NCBI GenBank assembly: GCA_002937995.1
Contig: PTLG01000003.1
Coordinates: 1 to 44,673, forward strand
Source: Alphaproteobacteria bacterium MarineAlpha3_Bin7
Lineage (GTDB): Bacteria > Pseudomonadota > Alphaproteobacteria > Rhodospirillales > UBA2165
Length of the DNA: 44,673 nt
Direction of reading: 5' to 3'
In this document: positions 39,958 to 44,673 of the stretch, in pieces
Layout of the letters: the number at the start of each line of letters is the position of its first letter
Numbering within the stretch: position 1 is the first letter of the stretch
The notes under the pieces: model-generated
Database searches by the model: none
What the model was told of the DNA's origin: nothing
What the model saw: the letters and a program-made list of their open reading frames with translations, nothing else
Translations under genes and position numbers: made by a program

Positions 39958-40905
39958 TTGATAATTTCAGCCGTAGTTCCTTGTTATAAAGAAAAAGGCA
40001 GAATACTGGGTGTACTAGAAAAATTTGGTGATATTGTAAATCATATTATTGTAGTCGATGACGCATGCCCAGAAAATACTGGCAAATTTGTGAAGAACAA
40101 TTGCGAAGATCCCAGGGTTGAGGTTATAGAACATGACAAAAATCTTGGCGTTGGTGGTGCTACCCTCACTGGTTATGCTCGGGCGATAGAACTTAATAGC
40201 GAGATTATTGTAAAAGTTGATGGTGACGGCCAGATGGATCCAGGAATGATACCAATCTTGATTAGGCCTATATGCAATGGTATTTCGGATTACTCAAAAG
40301 GTAATAGGTTTTTCCGTCTTGATAATATTTCGACAATGCCGACTACCAGAGTAATAGGAAACCTAATACTTTCATTTACCTCAAAAATGTCGAGCGGATA
40401 TTGGAAAATTTTTGACCCAACCAATGGATTTACCGCTATACACGGAAAAGTTGCAAAACTTCTCCCAATGGAAAAAATGGCTTATGACTATTTTTTTGAA
40501 TCTGACATGCTCTACCGTCTTAATACCTTAAGGGCTGTAGTTACAGATATACCGATGGAAGCTATATATGGCGAAGAATCCAGTAGTTTAAAAATATCCT
40601 CAGTATTATTTCCGTTCGCTCTCGGTCACTTAAAAAATTTAATTAAACGCATCTTCTATCTATATTTCTTGAGAGAATTTAATCTAGCTTCATTAGAATT
40701 AATTTTTGGTATAACAATGACCCTTTTTGGAACAATCTTTGGGTCAATAAATTGGTATGATAGTATAACAACAGGAATACCCGCAACGACTGGGGTAGTT
40801 ATTTTGGCTGCCCTTCCATTCCTGATTGGTACCTTCTTGATCGTAAGTTTCTTAAATTATGATTTGCAAAATCAACCTGACTCACCTTTACATCCTAGCC
40901 TGTGA
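39958..40905 (+). CDS. GT2 glycosyltransferase (polyprenol-phosphate glycosyltransferase-like) with two C-terminal TM helices
   Basis: VVPCYKE, VVDDAC, KVDGDGQMDP, KGNRF, DPTNGF, FFESDML. Confidence 0.9.
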   Translation: MIISAVVPCYKEKGRILGVLEKFGDIVNHIIVVDDACPENTGKFVKNNCEDPRVEVIEHDKNLGVGGATLTGYARAIELNSEIIVKVDGDGQMDPGMIPILIRPICNGISDYSKGNRFFRLDNISTMPTTRVIGNLILSFTSKMSSGYWKIFDPTNGFTAIHGKVAKLLPMEKMAYDYFFESDMLYRLNTLRAVVTDIPMEAIYGEESSSLKISSVLFPFALGHLKNLIKRIFYLYFLREFNLASLELIFGITMTLFGTIFGSINWYDSITTGIPATTGVVILAALPFLIGTFLIVSFLNYDLQNQPDSPLHPSL

Positions 40906-40966
40906 CAGTCATCCATAAATTTGGTACACTAAAGAGATAGAAATTCAATCTAAAGGGCTAACTTTC

Positions 40967-42127
40967 ATGACAACCAAATCCCAAGAAGCACTTCTACCTG
41001 CTGGAATGATGGATGTACTACCCCCTAATGCAGAAATAGAGGCTGTGGCGATGGAAAAACTGATGTCAGTTTTTGGAACTAGAGGCTATGAGAGAGTAAT
41101 TCCGCCCCTGGCTGAATTTGAAGAGTTGTTGCTGTCAGGGAGTGGCGAGGCAACAAAAACTCGTAGCTTTAGAGTCATGGACCCAATATCCCAACGAATG
41201 TTGGCGCTAAGAGCCGATATGACTATACAAATAGAAAGAATAGCCTCGACCCGTTTATCTGATTTACCAAGACCCCTGCGTCTCAGTTATGCGGGACCTA
41301 TATTACGAACTAGCGGTTCAAACTTACATCCAGAAAGACAATTTTATCAAGTTGGCGCTGAATTAATTGGTTCAGATTCATCCAAATCTGATACCGAAAT
41401 TATATTTATGGCGGCTCATGCTCTATTGGAATTAGGCTTAAAGGAAATATCGGTTGACCTTGGATTGCCGAGTTTAATAACTAGCTTACTTGATGAATAC
41501 AATGTAAAGAAACTAGAAACAAGGAACATTGTCCGAACCGCCTGCAATCAAAAAGATGAAGCTATGCTATTATCATTGCATCTTCCCGAATCGAGAACTT
41601 TCATAGATTTAATGCGATGTGTAGGACCTGCTGATGAGTCTATAAAAAAACTAAAGGCATTAGACCTACCAGAAAAAGCAATTAAAGAACTAAACTATCT
41701 TATTGAAGTTATAACACTGATGAAAGACCAGGGACCAGAGCTTTCTATGACTATAGACCCTGTTGAGATTAGGGGTTATGAGTATCATAGTGGACTAACC
41801 TATACCTTTTTTAGCAAAAATTCTCGAGGCGAAATTGGGCGAGGTGGAAGATATTTGCTATCTAACAAGGCAGACCTCTCTCAAACTGAAAATGGCACGG
41901 GAATTAGTTTATACTTAAGTAAAATTGTCGAATTACTTCCCTCCCGAGAAAAACGAAAGAAAGTTATGGCATACTCTGGGATAAGTCATGAAATTGTTGC
42001 AGAATATATAAGAAATGGCTGGATAGTAATTTCACAATTGGAGACTGGTGACGATATTAAAAGTGAAGCCCAGAAATTAAACTGCACACACATCCTCAGG
42101 ACAGATGGGATAGAAGATATCAGTTAA
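40967..42127 (+). CDS. hisZ: ATP phosphoribosyltransferase regulatory subunit
   Basis: LPAGMMDVLP, LALRADMT, PLRLSYAG, QVGAELIG, RGYEYHSG, GRGGRY; upstream of purA. Confidence 0.9.
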   Translation: MTTKSQEALLPAGMMDVLPPNAEIEAVAMEKLMSVFGTRGYERVIPPLAEFEELLLSGSGEATKTRSFRVMDPISQRMLALRADMTIQIERIASTRLSDLPRPLRLSYAGPILRTSGSNLHPERQFYQVGAELIGSDSSKSDTEIIFMAAHALLELGLKEISVDLGLPSLITSLLDEYNVKKLETRNIVRTACNQKDEAMLLSLHLPESRTFIDLMRCVGPADESIKKLKALDLPEKAIKELNYLIEVITLMKDQGPELSMTIDPVEIRGYEYHSGLTYTFFSKNSRGEIGRGGRYLLSNKADLSQTENGTGISLYLSKIVELLPSREKRKKVMAYSGISHEIVAEYIRNGWIVISQLETGDDIKSEAQKLNCTHILRTDGIEDIS

Positions 42128-42157
42128 ACTAAAAAATAGAGGAAGGAATAGTAAATA

Positions 42158-43450
42158 ATGGCCAACGTCGTTGTTGTAGGTTCTCAATGGGGAGACGAGG
42201 GAAAAGGAAAAGTAGTTGATTGGCTCTCTGAGAGGGCCGATGTGGTAGTAAGGTTTCAAGGTGGACACAATGCGGGACACACACTTGTTATCAATGATAA
42301 GACATACAAGTTAAGCCTTCTGCCATCTGGTATCGTTCGAAAAAAAAAGTTGTCGATTATCGGCAATGGTGTAGTTGTTGATCCGTGGGCCTTAAAATCA
42401 GAAATAGAAATACTTAAAAATAATGGAGTAGATATTTCAACAAAAAACCTAATGATTGCTGAAAATGTGTCTTTAATCCTCCCTCTTCACCAAAACTTGG
42501 ACAAATATAGAGAAGAGGCATTAGGTAGCGCTAAAATAGGAACCACCGGCCGCGGAATTGGGCCAGCATATGAAGATAAGGTAGGAAGAAGGTCCATTCG
42601 TCTTGGTGATTTGTCAGATAAAACACTACTTGAAGAGAGGGTAGAACGGCTCCTAATGCATCATAATACCTTGTTAAAAGGTTTTGGCTTTCCAAAATTA
42701 GAAAAAAAGAAGATTTTGCACCAATTAATTGAAATAGCTCCGAGCATATTACCTTTCAAACAAACAGTATGGAAAGTATTAGATGATCAAAGAGAAAAGG
42801 GTAGCAGAATACTATTTGAGGGAGCGCAAGGAATATTGCTTGATAATGATCATGGAACATACCCTTTTGTAACGTCGTCTAACACAGTAGCTGGACAGGC
42901 CACAACAGGCTCTGGCCAAGGACCCAAAGTAGTCGACTATGTATTAGGCATCACTAAAGCCTATACGACAAGGGTCGGATCTGGCCCTTTTCCTACAGAA
43001 CAGGATAATAAAATAGGGCAAACGCTGGGAGAGCGTGGAAAAGAATTTGGGACAGTTACTGGCAGAAAACGACGTTGTGGTTGGTTTGACTCGGTCCTGG
43101 TTCGCCAGGCAATCAAGGTTTCTGGAATTAATGGAATAGCACTTACAAAATTAGATGTACTTGATGGATTTGATGAAATACTGGTTTGCACCAGTTATAC
43201 GATAGATGGAGAGAAATTTGACTACCTTCCAGCATCACAAGATTTACAAGCTAAAGCTATTCCAATTTATGAAACATTAAGCGGATGGGAAACAAAGACA
43301 GTTGGTGCCCGAACTTGGGGAGAACTCCCTGCACAAGCCATAAAATACGTGCGACGAATTGAAGAACTCATCGAGGCTCCAGTGGCATTACTATCGACTA
43401 GTCCCGAAAGGCAGGACACAATACTAGTACATGACCCTTTTTCAGACTAA
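42158..43450 (+). CDS. purA: Adenylosuccinate synthetase
   Basis: [50 protein letters not shown]. Confidence 0.98.
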   Translation: MANVVVVGSQWGDEGKGKVVDWLSERADVVVRFQGGHNAGHTLVINDKTYKLSLLPSGIVRKKKLSIIGNGVVVDPWALKSEIEILKNNGVDISTKNLMIAENVSLILPLHQNLDKYREEALGSAKIGTTGRGIGPAYEDKVGRRSIRLGDLSDKTLLEERVERLLMHHNTLLKGFGFPKLEKKKILHQLIEIAPSILPFKQTVWKVLDDQREKGSRILFEGAQGILLDNDHGTYPFVTSSNTVAGQATTGSGQGPKVVDYVLGITKAYTTRVGSGPFPTEQDNKIGQTLGERGKEFGTVTGRKRRCGWFDSVLVRQAIKVSGINGIALTKLDVLDGFDEILVCTSYTIDGEKFDYLPASQDLQAKAIPIYETLSGWETKTVGARTWGELPAQAIKYVRRIEELIEAPVALLSTSPERQDTILVHDPFSD

Positions 43451-43597
43451 AACAGAATATGTTTTGAGAATTTAGGGCTTTGGGCTATAACGAATCCGAT
43501 ATATAAATTTTATGTTATTCTATCTGAGTAGAACAGTTCAAAATACTTTTAGGAAAATAGTTGTCCTTCCGGCTGCTAAAAAGCGATTGTGGGACTC

Positions 43598-44673
43598 ATG
43601 GCAGAAGAACTAAACCAAGAAGATACAGAAATAGATTCAGATATTAAAGATTCCGATCGCGATTCTATAATCGATGATACTAAATTATCTGAGAACGATG
43701 AGTTGCAAGATGGGACTATTGAACCCAAGAATTTGTCAGAAATAGAGCAGCTGAATGACGCGCACGCTGAGGACTCCAGGCCATTTGAAACTCGCGAGCT
43801 AAACGATGAAAACACCGTGCAGCAATCCAATATGGAAGACCAATTAGAATACGGCGATGAAGAAGAAAATTTTAAATCAATTGACAGTCAACCTGAGGAA
43901 GACAATTTAACCAGCAATCAGCAAGAAGGCGAGGTTGAATTAGTACCGGTTCTATTGGAAGGTAGATTTGAAATTATTTCCTCCCAACCCTTACCTGAAT
44001 TTGACTCTCCTTCAGCTAAGGCGTTTGAAACGATAGATAAACGCGGAGTGTACCCCAACCTTTTTGCCCTGATTTGCATACCTGGACTTGTTACAAGAGT
44101 AGAAGAGGCGGAACAAATAGTTAGACAGAAAATACCCGGTTTAATGAGCTTAATGGCTTATGGACAAATTGATTGGCCACTAATAAGCAGAAAAACATTC
44201 GCACTGGTTTACGAAAAGCCAACTGGCGGCAGGGTAAATGAAGTCTTTAAAATAGAGGAATCAGATTATCAAAAAACAGAGTTTATACATAGTGTAGTTA
44301 GTGGAGTAGTTGAGGCGTTTGAACAATTAAGTACGCGGGGCATAGTTCATCGATCTATAAGGGCGGATAACTTGTTCTTTGTGGATGAACAAAGAGAAAA
44401 AGTAGTGATAGGAGAATTTCTAGCGTCTCCGCCAGGTTTCGACCAACCCGTTATTTATGAAACAATAGAAAATGGTATGGCCGATCCAGGAGCTCGTGAG
44501 CACGGTACGATAATGGAAGACATGTACGCATTTGGTGTGTTGCTAGCAACCTTAAGTCAGCGAGAATTGCCATGCGAAAATGACAGTACTGAGGAGATCA
44601 TAGTATCAAAAATTGCAAATTCGAGTTTCGCCACGCTTATAGGAAAGCAGCTTATAACCTCACGATTTCTTGA
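43598..44673 (+). CDS. 3'-truncated protein-kinase-like protein (probable pseudokinase) with an acidic N-terminal region
   Basis: Open frame from ATG 43598 to the window end; GIVHRSIRADNLFF, VVIGEF and DMYAFGVLL correspond to kinase subdomains VIb, VII and IX. Confidence 0.75.
   Translation, partial: MAEELNQEDTEIDSDIKDSDRDSIIDDTKLSENDELQDGTIEPKNLSEIEQLNDAHAEDSRPFETRELNDENTVQQSNMEDQLEYGDEEENFKSIDSQPEEDNLTSNQQEGEVELVPVLLEGRFEIISSQPLPEFDSPSAKAFETIDKRGVYPNLFALICIPGLVTRVEEAEQIVRQKIPGLMSLMAYGQIDWPLISRKTFALVYEKPTGGRVNEVFKIEESDYQKTEFIHSVVSGVVEAFEQLSTRGIVHRSIRADNLFFVDEQREKVVIGEFLASPPGFDQPVIYETIENGMADPGAREHGTIMEDMYAFGVLLATLSQRELPCENDSTEEIIVSKIANSSFATLIGKQLITSRFL

Noticed and set aside
848-43830. Numerous 60-115 aa antisense or alternate-frame ORFs in the track (e.g. 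1562-1909, 10606-10944, 19199-19501, 43576-43830)
   Set aside because: They lie largely within well-supported genes and have no recognisable motifs; treated as shadow ORFs
1-44673. tRNA, rRNA, CRISPR array or IS element
   Set aside because: No cloverleaf, regularly spaced repeats, transposase or terminal inverted repeats seen by eye; tRNAscan/Infernal not run

Overview
AT-rich bacterial chromosome fragment. Gene content and order (gatCAB, ruvX-pyrB-pyrC'-plsY-topA-rpmG, hisZ-purA, a pseudokinase, TRAP transporters, cyclase/TolB/TPR proteins) point to a streamlined alphaproteobacterium, probably Rhodospirillales-like (inference). The left half (1-20.8 kb) is accessory catabolism and transport. 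It holds a TRAP system, a signal-less orphan DctP, several oxidoreductases and three DMT permeases. It also holds a tightly packed minus-strand cluster, hmgA-fahA-(pyrogallol transhydroxylase-like molybdoenzyme with an N-terminal extension)-cytochrome P450, divergent from a MarR gene with a clear operator palindrome. This cluster is the best candidate for an undescribed pathway. The right half is mostly housekeeping, with an ~8.7 kb block between gatC and ruvX (two tandem cyclase-TPR paralogs, a remnant of a third, a VOC protein, two small unknown proteins, nrdAB). Features missed by the ORF track: rpmG, a 3'-truncated pseudokinase, a 34-aa membrane microprotein, the cyclase remnant, an NrdR box and a candidate Fur-controlled small RNA. 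I saw no rRNA, tRNA, CRISPR array or mobile element.
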